Shown: positions 26,602-35,306, counted from the first letter of the stretch. The stretch is 56,652 nt of DNA from Christensenella sp. UBA4247 (GCA_002395405.1 DGWX01000022.1:4039-60690); one strand, 5' to 3'. The notes: generated from the letters alone by a model not told the origin. Numbers and translations: made by a program.

Positions 26602-26669
26602 TCGTTTTCGCTTTATTTTTTTCGCGCGTTATATTATACTTGTAAAGAGTTTAGTATGAGGTGACGCGT

Positions 26670-27524
26670 ATGGACGGACTTTCGGGTTATTTTAAGAATT
26701 TATCTTGGGTGTCTTTGGCGGACGCGGCGATTTTGATCTTGTTTTTGATCTCCGTAACGGTCTTTTTCTTTCGCAAAAAGAATTATAGGGTCGGACTTTT
26801 CTTCGTTCTGTTTTCCTTGATCTTCGTCGGGATCGATGTGTGCGTCTCTCTTTTCGAACTGAAAGCTTTGTATTTTACGCGGGAGATCTTCCGCTTCCTC
26901 GCGATCATTTTTATCGCGTCGAGTGCGGTCGTGTATCAATCCGATCTCAAACTTTTATTTGCGAAATTCGGTGGGCAAGCCGAGGAGAACGTGTACGCCA
27001 AATTGCATAACTCGCGCAATGAAGACGATCTCCGTTACGCTTCGGGCGAGATCGTAAAAGCCTGCCAAGATCTTGCGAAGAATAATATCGGCGCGCTCAT
27101 CGTGGTTTGCCCGACGATCATTTCTTCCAATATGTTGGACACGGGTATCCGTTTGAACGGCGTTCTTTCCGCGCCTCTTCTCGAAAGTATTTTTAATCCG
27201 CATTCGCCTCTTCACGACGGTGCGGTCATCATCAAAAACAATATGGTTCTGGCGGCGGGGTGCTTCTTGCCTCTTTCGCAAAATCCTTCCATCAGCAAAG
27301 ATCTCGGAACGCGTCACCGCGCCGCGATCGGCATAACGGAAGAGAGCGATGTTTTGACCATCGTCGTCAGCGAGGAAACCGGGATCATCAGCCTCGTTCA
27401 AAACGGGGAGATCAAGCGCTATATGACGGGCGAAAAGCTGATGGACGCGCTGGACGACGCGTTCGGGATCACGGACATCAGCCGCAGAAAAACGAGAAAT
27501 TTCGGAGTGGGCGGAAGAAGATAA
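26670..27524 (+). CDS. cdaA: diadenylate cyclase CdaA
   Basis: Three N-terminal TM helices. DAC domain PLHDGAVII and GTRHRAAIGITEESDVLTIVVSEETGIISL. GAGGTG RBS. A GTG at 26661 is an alternative start. Confidence 0.9.
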   Translation: MDGLSGYFKNLSWVSLADAAILILFLISVTVFFFRKKNYRVGLFFVLFSLIFVGIDVCVSLFELKALYFTREIFRFLAIIFIASSAVVYQSDLKLLFAKFGGQAEENVYAKLHNSRNEDDLRYASGEIVKACQDLAKNNIGALIVVCPTIISSNMLDTGIRLNGVLSAPLLESIFNPHSPLHDGAVIIKNNMVLAAGCFLPLSQNPSISKDLGTRHRAAIGITEESDVLTIVVSEETGIISLVQNGEIKRYMTGEKLMDALDDAFGITDISRRKTRNFGVGGRR

Positions 27525-28748
27525 ATGGATAGCTACATAAGCGTTCCGCGCGTTCTTCTGCCGAAGGAGTGCGTGGATCTGAAAAAGTGGGCGGTCATCG
27601 CCTGCGATCAATTTACCTCGCAAGGCGAGTATTGGAAAAAGCTCAAAGACGAATGCGGAGAAGTTTCCGCGTTGAACGTTATTTTCCCCGAGTATTATTT
27701 GGATAAAGGGGATATGGACGAGCGCATCGCAAGCATCAATTATTATATGAACAAATATCTCTGCGAGAACGTTTTTCGCGAGATAAACGGCTTCGTTTTG
27801 ACCGTGCGCGAGACCTCTTACGGGAGGCGGCGTACCGGGCTTCTCGCTTTGATCGATCTCGATATGTACGATTTCGAAAAGGGCGGGCTTCCCATTCGCG
27901 CGACCGAAGCGACCGTTCGCGAAAGGCTTCCCGTTCGCATTAAGATCCGCCGCAATGCGCCGCTCGAACTGCCCCACGTTCTTCTTTTGATCGACGATAA
28001 GGAAAAGACGGTGATCGAGCCGATTGCCGCGTCAATTTCGGAAGAGGATAAGTTGTACGATTCGCCTCTCAATATGGCGGGCGGATCGATCAAAGGGTAT
28101 CGAGTAAAGAACGAAGAAAGGATTCTTTCCGCCGTTTCCGCTCTCGCGCGTCCCGAGCGAAACCAAGAGCTTTACGGTTCCGCTTCTCCCTTCGTATTTG
28201 CGGTGGGCGACGGGAATCACTCGGTCGCGACGGCGAAAGTTTTGTGGGAAGAGACTAAGAAAACGCTTTCTTTGAAGGAAAGAGAATCACATCCCGCGCG
28301 CTATTTCCTCGCGGAGATCAACAATCTGTACGATGACGACCTCGTTTTCGAGCCGATCCATCGCGCGGTGTTCGGTGTGGGAAAAGAATTTATAGAAGAG
28401 ATGCGTTCTTCTCTTTCGGGAAAAGGACACGTTACGGTTTTATATCGCGAAGAGCTTTTTTCGCTTTCCGTTCCCGAAGGGGCGCCCGAGGCGGTTCGCG
28501 CGATACAGGAATTTATAGACGGGTATCTTTCTTCTCACGAAGGCGCCGCCGTCGATTATATTCACGGAGACGAGAATCTTTCGAAAGTCGCTTCCGCGAA
28601 AGACGGTGTGGCGATCTTTATGCCCGTTCTCAAAAAAGAGGAATTGTTCCCTTACGTCGTAAAGAACGGTTCGCTCCCCCGAAAAACCTTTTCGATGGGT
28701 GAAGCGGAAGAAAAAAGATATTATTTGGAAGCAAGAAAAATTAAATGA
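27525..28748 (+). CDS. DUF1015 family protein
   Basis: About 400 aa with the central AVGDGNHSVATAK block typical of DUF1015. Starts on the nucleotide after the cdaA stop. Confidence 0.6.
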   Translation: MDSYISVPRVLLPKECVDLKKWAVIACDQFTSQGEYWKKLKDECGEVSALNVIFPEYYLDKGDMDERIASINYYMNKYLCENVFREINGFVLTVRETSYGRRRTGLLALIDLDMYDFEKGGLPIRATEATVRERLPVRIKIRRNAPLELPHVLLLIDDKEKTVIEPIAASISEEDKLYDSPLNMAGGSIKGYRVKNEERILSAVSALARPERNQELYGSASPFVFAVGDGNHSVATAKVLWEETKKTLSLKERESHPARYFLAEINNLYDDDLVFEPIHRAVFGVGKEFIEEMRSSLSGKGHVTVLYREELFSLSVPEGAPEAVRAIQEFIDGYLSSHEGAAVDYIHGDENLSKVASAKDGVAIFMPVLKKEELFPYVVKNGSLPRKTFSMGEAEEKRYYLEARKIK

Positions 28749-28810
28749 TCGATTGCCCGCGCGATCCCTTTGTTTTAAGGGAAAACGGGCGTTCGACACG
28801 GGAGATCAAT

Positions 28811-30124
28811 ATGAAAGTATGTAAATTCGGCGGCAGTAGCATGGCTTCGAGCGACACGATCAAGAAAGTCGCGGAGATCATTCGTTCGGACGAGGCGAGG
28901 AAATATATCGTCGTGTCCGCACCGGGAAAGCGCTTTCCCAAAGACATTAAGATTACGGATTCGCTTTTGAATTGCTATCAGGAAAGCAAGAAAGGCAAGA
29001 GCGTAAACGAACTGTTTAAGCCCATTCGCGAGCGTTTTACCGAGATCGCGGTCGGGCTCGGGGTCGAAAAGAAACTCGATCTCGAATCGATATTCCAAGC
29101 GATCGAAGAGGGGATCGCGTCCTCTTCTTCCCCCGATTTTGCGGCGGCGCAAGGCGAAAGACTTTCCGCAATGCTGCTCGCTTCTTATTTGGACTATAAT
29201 TTCGTGGACGCAAAGGAGATCGTTCGCTTCTCGGACAACGGCGTGTTTAACGCGGAGTACACGAACGACCTCGCCCAAAAGCTCCTCGGTGCGAGGGAAT
29301 CCGGCGTCGTTATCCCGGGATTTTACGGCAGCACTTCTTCCGGAAGGATCGTTACTTTTTCAAGGGGCGGAAGCGACGTTTCGGGCGCGATCGTAGCGCG
29401 CGCCGTCAAGGCGGAACTGTATGAAAACTGGACGGACGTAAACGGCTTTTTGACCGCCGATCCGCGCATTGTGGATCATCCGAAGCAGATCCCGGAGCTT
29501 TCCTATCGCGAGCTTCGCGAGCTTTCTTATATGGGCGCGAACGTTTTACACCCCGAAAGTATTTTCCCCGTTCGCAAAGCGAATATCCCCATCAATATCA
29601 AAAACACCTTCGAACCGTCCAATCCCGGAACGATGATTCTGCCCGGCGTTCTCTCACACGAGCGCTTGATCACCGGCATCGCGGGCAAGCGCGGCTTCGT
29701 CAGCATTTTGATCGAAAAGTCCATGATGAATAACGAGATCGGATTTACGAGGAAACTTTTATCCGTTCTCGAAAATCTCAATATGAGTTTCGAGCATCTC
29801 CCGAGCGGGATCGACACGATGACTTTGATCCTTGCGGATAGCGAGATCGGAAATAAAATGCAGGAACTTGTGGGCGGGATCCGCGAAGCGGTCAGCCCGG
29901 ATAGGCTCGAAATCCAAAGCGACCTCGCCTTGATCGCGACGGTGGGACACGGAATGGCGTATAAGCCCGGAACGGCGAGCCGCCTCTTTACCGCACTTTC
30001 GCGCGTCGGGGTCAATATCAAAATGATCGATCAAGGTTCTTCCGAGCTGAATATCATCGTTGCCGTTAAAGGAGACGATTACGAAAAGGCGATCAACGCG
30101 ATTTACGAAGAATTTATCAACTGA
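28811..30124 (+). CDS. lysC: aspartate kinase
   Basis: MKVCKFGGSSMAS, VVSAPGK, SRGGSDVSGA, C-terminal ACT repeats. Start set inside ORF 28745..30124. Confidence 0.85.
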   Translation: MKVCKFGGSSMASSDTIKKVAEIIRSDEARKYIVVSAPGKRFPKDIKITDSLLNCYQESKKGKSVNELFKPIRERFTEIAVGLGVEKKLDLESIFQAIEEGIASSSSPDFAAAQGERLSAMLLASYLDYNFVDAKEIVRFSDNGVFNAEYTNDLAQKLLGARESGVVIPGFYGSTSSGRIVTFSRGGSDVSGAIVARAVKAELYENWTDVNGFLTADPRIVDHPKQIPELSYRELRELSYMGANVLHPESIFPVRKANIPINIKNTFEPSNPGTMILPGVLSHERLITGIAGKRGFVSILIEKSMMNNEIGFTRKLLSVLENLNMSFEHLPSGIDTMTLILADSEIGNKMQELVGGIREAVSPDRLEIQSDLALIATVGHGMAYKPGTASRLFTALSRVGVNIKMIDQGSSELNIIVAVKGDDYEKAINAIYEEFIN

Positions 30125-30148
30125 TAAAGCGCAAGAAGGAGAAAAACT

Positions 30149-31111
30149 ATGATTTATGCAGGTGTGGACGTTGGCGGAATGAGCATTAAATGCTGTTTGG
30201 CAAACGAAGACGGAGAGATCCTCGTTAAGGATAGTTTCAAAACGAAACCGGGGATCACGTCTGCCGAAATGGGAGAGGAGATCGCGCTTTTCGTAAAGAA
30301 ACTCGCTTCGGAAATCGGCGTACAAGAGAGCGAGATCGCCGCGATCGGAATGGGAACGCCCGGAACGGTGGACGGTAAAAAAGGCGTGATCGCGTATTCC
30401 AATAATATCAAACTCGAAAACGCACCCATCGTCAGCGACGTAAAAAAACATATCGATTGCCCCGTATTCGTGGAGAACGACGCAAACGCCGCCGCGCTCG
30501 GCGAAGCGGTATTCGGCGCCGCGAAAGGGCTGTCGGACGTCCTTTTGATCACCCTCGGAACGGGCGTCGGTACGGGGATCGTGGCAAACGGAAAAATGAT
30601 TACCGGCAAGGGCGGATCGGGCGCGGAAGGCGGCCATATCGTTATTAAAATGGGCGGAGAAAAATGCTCGTGCGGAAATCGCGGTTGCTTTGAGGCTTAC
30701 GCTTCCGCTTCGGCGCTGCTTCGCCAAACGGCAAAGATGGTCGCTCGCCGTCCGGATAGCCTCCTCGCGCGCCTTTGGGCGGAAAAGGGGGAGAGCGGGA
30801 TCGTCCCGTTCGACGCGGCAAAGGCGGACGACGCAGCGGGGAAAAAGGTCGTTCGCGATTACGTTTCGTACGTTGCCCAAGGCATCGCAGGACTTGTAAA
30901 CGTGTTCAGACCGGACGTCGTCCTCATCGGCGGCGGCGTCAGCAATCAAGGCGATTATTTGATCAAAAAAGTGTCGAGAAAGGTCAATTCGATCGTGTAC
31001 GGCGCGGGCATAAACCCGAAAGTAATTGTAAAGGCGGCGGCTTTGAAGAATGACGCCGGACTGCTCGGCGCGGTCGCGCTTGCCGTAAGGGGCGTAAAAG
31101 GCGATCTGTAA
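30149..31111 (+). CDS. glcK: ROK family glucokinase
   Basis: GVDVGGMSIKC, ENDANAAALGE, zinc motif CSCGNRGCFEAYAS. AAGGAGA RBS. Confidence 0.85.
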   Translation: MIYAGVDVGGMSIKCCLANEDGEILVKDSFKTKPGITSAEMGEEIALFVKKLASEIGVQESEIAAIGMGTPGTVDGKKGVIAYSNNIKLENAPIVSDVKKHIDCPVFVENDANAAALGEAVFGAAKGLSDVLLITLGTGVGTGIVANGKMITGKGGSGAEGGHIVIKMGGEKCSCGNRGCFEAYASASALLRQTAKMVARRPDSLLARLWAEKGESGIVPFDAAKADDAAGKKVVRDYVSYVAQGIAGLVNVFRPDVVLIGGGVSNQGDYLIKKVSRKVNSIVYGAGINPKVIVKAAALKNDAGLLGAVALAVRGVKGDL

Positions 31112-31127
31112 TCGATTCTGAATCAGT

Positions 31128-31162
31128 CAGGCGCGTCGAACGATTCGACGCGCCTGTTTTTA
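31128..31162 (+). terminator. intrinsic terminator after glcK
   Basis: 13-bp stem CAGGCGCGTCGAA/TTCGACGCGCCTG followed by TTTTTA. Confidence 0.8.
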
Positions 31163-32545
31163 TAATTGGATCAAGTAAGGGGAATATACTCTTTTTCCGC
31201 ATCCTCAGCTAAAATGCGAGGCGGGGTATAGGGCTTTCCGGATCTTAAAACGGCGAAGATGATGCGGGTCATCTTTTTCATTCCATGGGTGAGGGCAACG
31301 AAGAAATGCTTTCCTTCTTCTCTTTTCTTATTGACGTACGCGCGCATAAAGGGATCGGAAACGTAAGCGGCTTTCGTTGCTTGAAAGATCGCGTTTCTTA
31401 AATACTTCGATCCGTTTTTGACCATCGATCCGTGCGGTAAAAGGAATTTTCCCGATTGATAAACGGCGGGTTCGCAGCCGGCAAAGGCAAGAAGTTTCGC
31501 CGGATTGTCAAAGTTTTTGATATTCCCGATCTCGGAAAGGATCGCGGCGCCCGTGGCTACGCCTATACCCGGGATCGAAAGGATGGGCGTGTTCGTTTTG
31601 CCTAAAAGAGAAGCGAGTTTATCTTCGAGAATTTCGAGTTCTTTGGAAAGAAAAGAGATCTGCTTTGCCAAATGCTTTAATTCGAAAGCGTCGCTGAGGT
31701 TGGTCGTTCCGATGCTGTCTTCCGCGGCTTGGAGAAGTTCGTCCGCTTTTTTTCCGTAATGACCGTGCGAGAGCTTGTTTAAATTCCGTTCCAGCGAATC
31801 CTTGCCGGCGCTTAGGATCTCGCGGGGGGATGAGTACTTTGCCAAAACGTCCACCGTGCTCATATTGCGAAGGTTAAACAGATGCTCGAACTCGGGAAAA
31901 ACGATTTCAAGGACGCGCCGATATCGGTTTTTCAGCGATTGGATCGTTTTCAACAAACGATAGCGATAGCGCGAGAGCGACTTCATCGTTGCGATATGCC
32001 GTAAGCCGTTCTTCTTCGGAGTGATTTCCGTTTCCGCCGTAACTTTCGCTATGAAGCGGGCGTCCGATTTGTCCGTTTTCGTATTTCGGAAAGATTTCGT
32101 TTTCCGATATAAGTTTACTTGCAGCGGATTGAGCGCTATCACTTCGTATTTTTCTTCTTTTAGGTGCGCAAGCAGGTTTTGCGAATAGTGACCCGTGTAC
32201 TCGAGCCCGATCTTGATCTCGTCTTTTATTTTCTCCGATGTTTGCCGAAGAATGCCGTCCAATCGGTCGAATCCCTCTTTGCTATTCGGAAAACTGAAAT
32301 TGTCGAGCAGTATTTCGCCGTTCTCCCGAACGATATGGCAGTCGTGCTTGTCTTTGGCTACGTCGATCCCTACGTAAATCATTTTCTTTCTCCTTTCCCC
32401 AATATAAAAACGCGGCGTTTCCGCCGCGCGCGCATTTTCGTATCCTCCTTAAAAACGACCTTGCGTTAGGTATTGAAAAAACCGAAAAATGCGCTTTACA
32501 ATTATAACATACCTTTTCGTTTTCCGAATAAAAAATATAAAAAAC
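31163..32545 (-). mobile_element. IS110-family insertion sequence (boundaries approximate)
   Basis: Carries a DEDD/Transposase_20 type gene. AT-richer than its flanks. Wedged between the glcK terminator and the csoR promoter. About 160 nt of non-coding sequence lies 5' of the transposase. No inverted repeats are seen, as expected for IS110. Confidence 0.7.
31171..32382 (-). CDS. IS110 family transposase/recombinase
   Basis: MIYVGIDVAKDKHDCHIV, GLEYTGHY, C-terminal IPGIGVATGAAILSEIGNIKNF. GGAGA RBS. Confidence 0.9.
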   Translation of the reverse strand: MIYVGIDVAKDKHDCHIVRENGEILLDNFSFPNSKEGFDRLDGILRQTSEKIKDEIKIGLEYTGHYSQNLLAHLKEEKYEVIALNPLQVNLYRKTKSFRNTKTDKSDARFIAKVTAETEITPKKNGLRHIATMKSLSRYRYRLLKTIQSLKNRYRRVLEIVFPEFEHLFNLRNMSTVDVLAKYSSPREILSAGKDSLERNLNKLSHGHYGKKADELLQAAEDSIGTTNLSDAFELKHLAKQISFLSKELEILEDKLASLLGKTNTPILSIPGIGVATGAAILSEIGNIKNFDNPAKLLAFAGCEPAVYQSGKFLLPHGSMVKNGSKYLRNAIFQATKAAYVSDPFMRAYVNKKREEGKHFFVALTHGMKKMTRIIFAVLRSGKPYTPPRILAEDAEKEYIPLT

Positions 32546-32574
32546 GCTTGCCAAACACTCGATCGCGCGATATT
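32546..32574 (+). promoter_or_regulatory. promoter of csoR-ATPase operon
   Basis: TTGCCA, 17 nt spacer, TATTAT. Confidence 0.5.
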
Positions 32575-32584
32575 ATAAAAATGA

Positions 32585-32607
32585 AGACCCACCCCCAGGG
32601 GGAGGGG
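32585..32607 (+). promoter_or_regulatory. candidate CsoR operator (GC-tract inverted repeat)
   Basis: ACCCACCCCCAGGGGGAGGGGGT, with 8 of 9 symmetric pairs around A32595. It resembles the published M. tuberculosis cso operator core CCCACCCCCAG..GGGGTGGG. Lies between the -10 and the RBS. Confidence 0.55.
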
Positions 32608-32621
32608 GTAAGGAGAGAAAA

Positions 32622-32921
32622 ATGAAAAAAGAGAACCATTCGGAAAGCGTTTGTTTGGACGCGGCTTTTAAAGATAAGATCATAAACGGGCTTCTGACCT
32701 GTCAGGGGCATATCGCGGCGATCGCAAAAATGGTTACGCAGGGAAAAAGCTGCGAAGATATTTTGATGCAAATTACGGCGGTGGACGGCGCGCTCAAAAA
32801 GATCGGCAAACAGTTTTTGATCAATCACCTTGAACATTGCGTAAAAGAGGGCGTTGAAAACCAAGAAGAGGACGCGCTTTCCTCGTTTAGCAAAATGCTC
32901 AATCGCTACCTTTTGAATTAG
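32622..32921 (+). CDS. csoR: CsoR-family metal-sensing repressor (C-H-C fingerprint)
   Basis: LLTCQGHIAAIAKMV and NHLEHCV give Cys...His-x3-Cys as in Cu(I)-CsoR. Length 99 aa. Confidence 0.85.
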   Translation: MKKENHSESVCLDAAFKDKIINGLLTCQGHIAAIAKMVTQGKSCEDILMQITAVDGALKKIGKQFLINHLEHCVKEGVENQEEDALSSFSKMLNRYLLN

Positions 32922-32930
32922 GAGAATCGT

Positions 32931-35213
32931 ATGGAAGAAGAAAAGGAACTTCTGAAAGAGGTCGAAGGATCCGCTTCGGAATCGAGCGAAGAAAGCGCTT
33001 CCCGCAAGCGCGCTTTTGAGGATCACGATCGCGATCACGACGACGATCGCCATTGCCACGATGAAGATTGTCATTGCCACGACGACGATTGTGACGACGA
33101 CGATCGCCATTGCCACGACGACGATCGCCATTGCCACGACGACGATCGTGACGACGACGATTGCCACTGCCACGATCACGCTCATCACCACGATCACGAT
33201 CATCACCATCACGATCACGAACATCATCACGATCACGACGGTTGCGGTTGCGGTTGCGGCTGCGGTTGCGGTTGTCACGAGGAAGAGGAGGAAGAAGAGG
33301 GCGGCGTATTGAAGCACTTTTTGATCCTCGGCTTTTCTCTCGCGTTTTTGATTTTGAGCTTTATCGATCTTTATAAATTGACCGGAGTCGCTTTTTTCCA
33401 TTATGCGGATTTCGCTTGGATCGCGGTCGTTCTTTGCGGCTATTCGATTTTTCGCTCTGCGATCCGCGCGATCTCGAAAAAGAAGATCACGGCGGACGTA
33501 CTCATCGCGATCGCGATCTTAGCTTCGATCGCGCTTGAAATCGTGCGCCTATCCGCGCCTTCTTTGATCGCGGGATCGGATCACGGGGAAAGTTACGTAT
33601 TCGCCGCGGGCGAAGTGGCGTTTTTAATGTATCTCGGCGAGATCATCGAAGACCTGACCGTTCGAAAGAGCCGCAGCGGCATTAAAAAGATGATGGATCT
33701 CGCTCCGCAAACGGTCGAACGAATAAAAGAAGACGGAGAAACGGAGATCGTTTCGTTAGAAGAAATCGAAGTCGGAGATCTCGTTCTCGTTCGTCCGGGC
33801 AGCGTGATCTCGGTGGACGGCGTTGTGGAATCGGGATCGTCCGCGGTAAACGAATCTGCCATCACGGGCGAATCGATCCCCGTGGAGAAGGAGATCGGAA
33901 GTTCGGTTTACGGCGGAACGATGAACGAGAACGGAATGTTGAGAGTTCGCGTGGCGAAAGCGAAAGAAGATATGTGGATCAGCAAAGTGACGGGGCTTAT
34001 GCGCGAGGCGGAGGGTAAAAAAGCGCCTATCGCGCGCCTTGCGGATCGCTGGGCGAGCTACATCGTTCCCGCGGCTTGTATTTTATCGCTCCTCGTATTT
34101 ATGATCTGCGCGCTCGTTCCTTCCGTGTCGATTCCTTCCGCTATCGTTCGCGGCGTAACGATCCTCGTCGTATTTTGCCCGTGTTCCTTAGCGCTCGCGA
34201 CCCCGACCGCGATCGCCGCGGCGATCGGGCGATTCGCAAAAGACGGCGTTATGGTTAAAAACGGCGGCGCGATCGAAGAGATGGCGAAGGTAAGCGTTCT
34301 TTGCCTCGATAAGACGGGAACTTTGACCAAAGGCGAGCCCGAGGTCGTAAGAATCGTTTCCCGCGACCTTTCGGAAGAAGACTTATTGATCCTCGCGGCT
34401 TCGGCGGAGAAGGCTTCCGAACACCCGATCGCGAAAGCCATCGTCAGAGCGGCCGACGGAAAAAAGCTGTTTGAAGCGACCGATCTCGAAGCGCAGGCGG
34501 GCGTCGGCGTAAGAGCCGAGATCGAAGGAAAAACGATCGAAATGATTTCTTATCTGCGCGCTTCAGATCATCTGGACGACTATTATAAACGCGCCGCGGA
34601 AGAAGAAGCGGAAAAGGGCAGAACGACGGTTTGTTTGTTCGTGGACGGCGCCGTTCAAGGCGTATTAAGCCTGACGGACGGGATCCGCGAAGAGGCGGCG
34701 CAGGCGATAAAAGAAGTAAAGGAAATGGGCGTTAGCCCCGTTATGCTGACGGGCGACCACGCTTTGACCGCGAAGAACGTTGCGGACGCGCTCGGCATCG
34801 AACGTTTCGAAGCTTCCCTCCTTCCCGAGGATAAGACGGCGAAAGTGGAAGCGTTTAAGGAGAGCGGCAAGGTTTGTATGGTGGGAGACGGCGTAAACGA
34901 CGCACCTTCGCTCGTTGCCGCCGATTGTTCGGTTTCGATGGCGGAAGTCGGAAGCGACGTTGCGGTGGAGTCCTCGGACTTTGCTTTGATGGACGGAAAG
35001 ATCGGAAAAATCCCTTGGATCTTAAAGCTTTCCCGCCGCGTTCTCCGAACGATCAAACTGAATATTCTCTTTGCGATGGGAGTAAACGTCGTCGCGGTGG
35101 TCTTGTCCGCTTTGGGGATCTTGACGCCCGCAACGGGCGCGCTCGTCCATAATCTCGCTTCGATTCTCGTGGTGATCGATTCGGCGCTGATCCTCGCCGC
35201 TAAAAAGAGATAA
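32931..35213 (+). CDS. P1B-type heavy-metal-translocating ATPase with His/Asp/Cys-rich N-terminus
   Basis: TGES, CPC (VVFCPCSLALATP), DKTGTLT, MLTGD, GDGVNDAP. No ferredoxin-like HMA (CxxC) domain. The N-terminal roughly 100 aa are H/D/C/E only. Confidence 0.9.
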   Translation: MEEEKELLKEVEGSASESSEESASRKRAFEDHDRDHDDDRHCHDEDCHCHDDDCDDDDRHCHDDDRHCHDDDRDDDDCHCHDHAHHHDHDHHHHDHEHHHDHDGCGCGCGCGCGCHEEEEEEEGGVLKHFLILGFSLAFLILSFIDLYKLTGVAFFHYADFAWIAVVLCGYSIFRSAIRAISKKKITADVLIAIAILASIALEIVRLSAPSLIAGSDHGESYVFAAGEVAFLMYLGEIIEDLTVRKSRSGIKKMMDLAPQTVERIKEDGETEIVSLEEIEVGDLVLVRPGSVISVDGVVESGSSAVNESAITGESIPVEKEIGSSVYGGTMNENGMLRVRVAKAKEDMWISKVTGLMREAEGKKAPIARLADRWASYIVPAACILSLLVFMICALVPSVSIPSAIVRGVTILVVFCPCSLALATPTAIAAAIGRFAKDGVMVKNGGAIEEMAKVSVLCLDKTGTLTKGEPEVVRIVSRDLSEEDLLILAASAEKASEHPIAKAIVRAADGKKLFEATDLEAQAGVGVRAEIEGKTIEMISYLRASDHLDDYYKRAAEEEAEKGRTTVCLFVDGAVQGVLSLTDGIREEAAQAIKEVKEMGVSPVMLTGDHALTAKNVADALGIERFEASLLPEDKTAKVEAFKESGKVCMVGDGVNDAPSLVAADCSVSMAEVGSDVAVESSDFALMDGKIGKIPWILKLSRRVLRTIKLNILFAMGVNVVAVVLSALGILTPATGALVHNLASILVVIDSALILAAKKR
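33039..33137 (+). repeat. three exact copies of a 21-bp unit inside the ATPase gene
   Basis: GACGACGATCGCCATTGCCAC at 33039-33059, 33096-33116 and 33117-33137; the last two are in tandem. Each copy encodes DDDRHCH. Confidence 0.9.
33240..33275 (+). repeat. hexanucleotide tandem repeat (GGTTGC)x6 encoding (Gly-Cys)6
   Basis: ggttgc ggttgc ggttgc ggctgc ggttgc ggttgt, in frame within the ATPase N-terminus. Confidence 0.9.
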
Positions 35214-35306
35214 AAAGGAAGGGCTTTCTTAATAACGTTCGCGGACTTTACTTCCGATTGAAAGCGTGATATAATAACCACGTCCGAAAGGGCGAGAAGG
35301 AGTATT

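Noticed and set aside
28749-28810. I looked for regulatory leaders (lysine riboswitch before lysC; a T-box before trpS at about 48900-48990).
   Set aside because: The gaps are too short: 62 nt before lysC, and trpS overlaps thrC. No conserved riboswitch or T-box blocks are present.
29759-30949. 396-aa minus-strand ORF spanning the lysC/glcK junction.
   Set aside because: It crosses an intergenic RBS region and is antisense to two strongly supported genes. It is a shadow ORF. The same reasoning applies to 21289-22410, 22508-23455, 11572-12579, 26955-27977, 35229-35927, 3130-4378, 36603-37811 and 37408-38385.
33016-33312. Repeat-rich stretch that superficially resembles a short repeat array.
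   Set aside because: The units are 21 and 6 nt, directly tandem with no spacers, and in frame within a P-type ATPase ORF. This is not a CRISPR array.
32502-33401. 299-aa minus-strand ORF with a striking V/I/M/T/A hydrophobic repeat (VIVMMFVIVMVMIVIV...).
   Set aside because: It is the reverse-complement reading of the GAC/CAC/GAT/CAT (Asp/His) codon repeats of the ATPase N-terminus. It also runs across the csoR gene and promoter. It is an artefact of the coding repeat.
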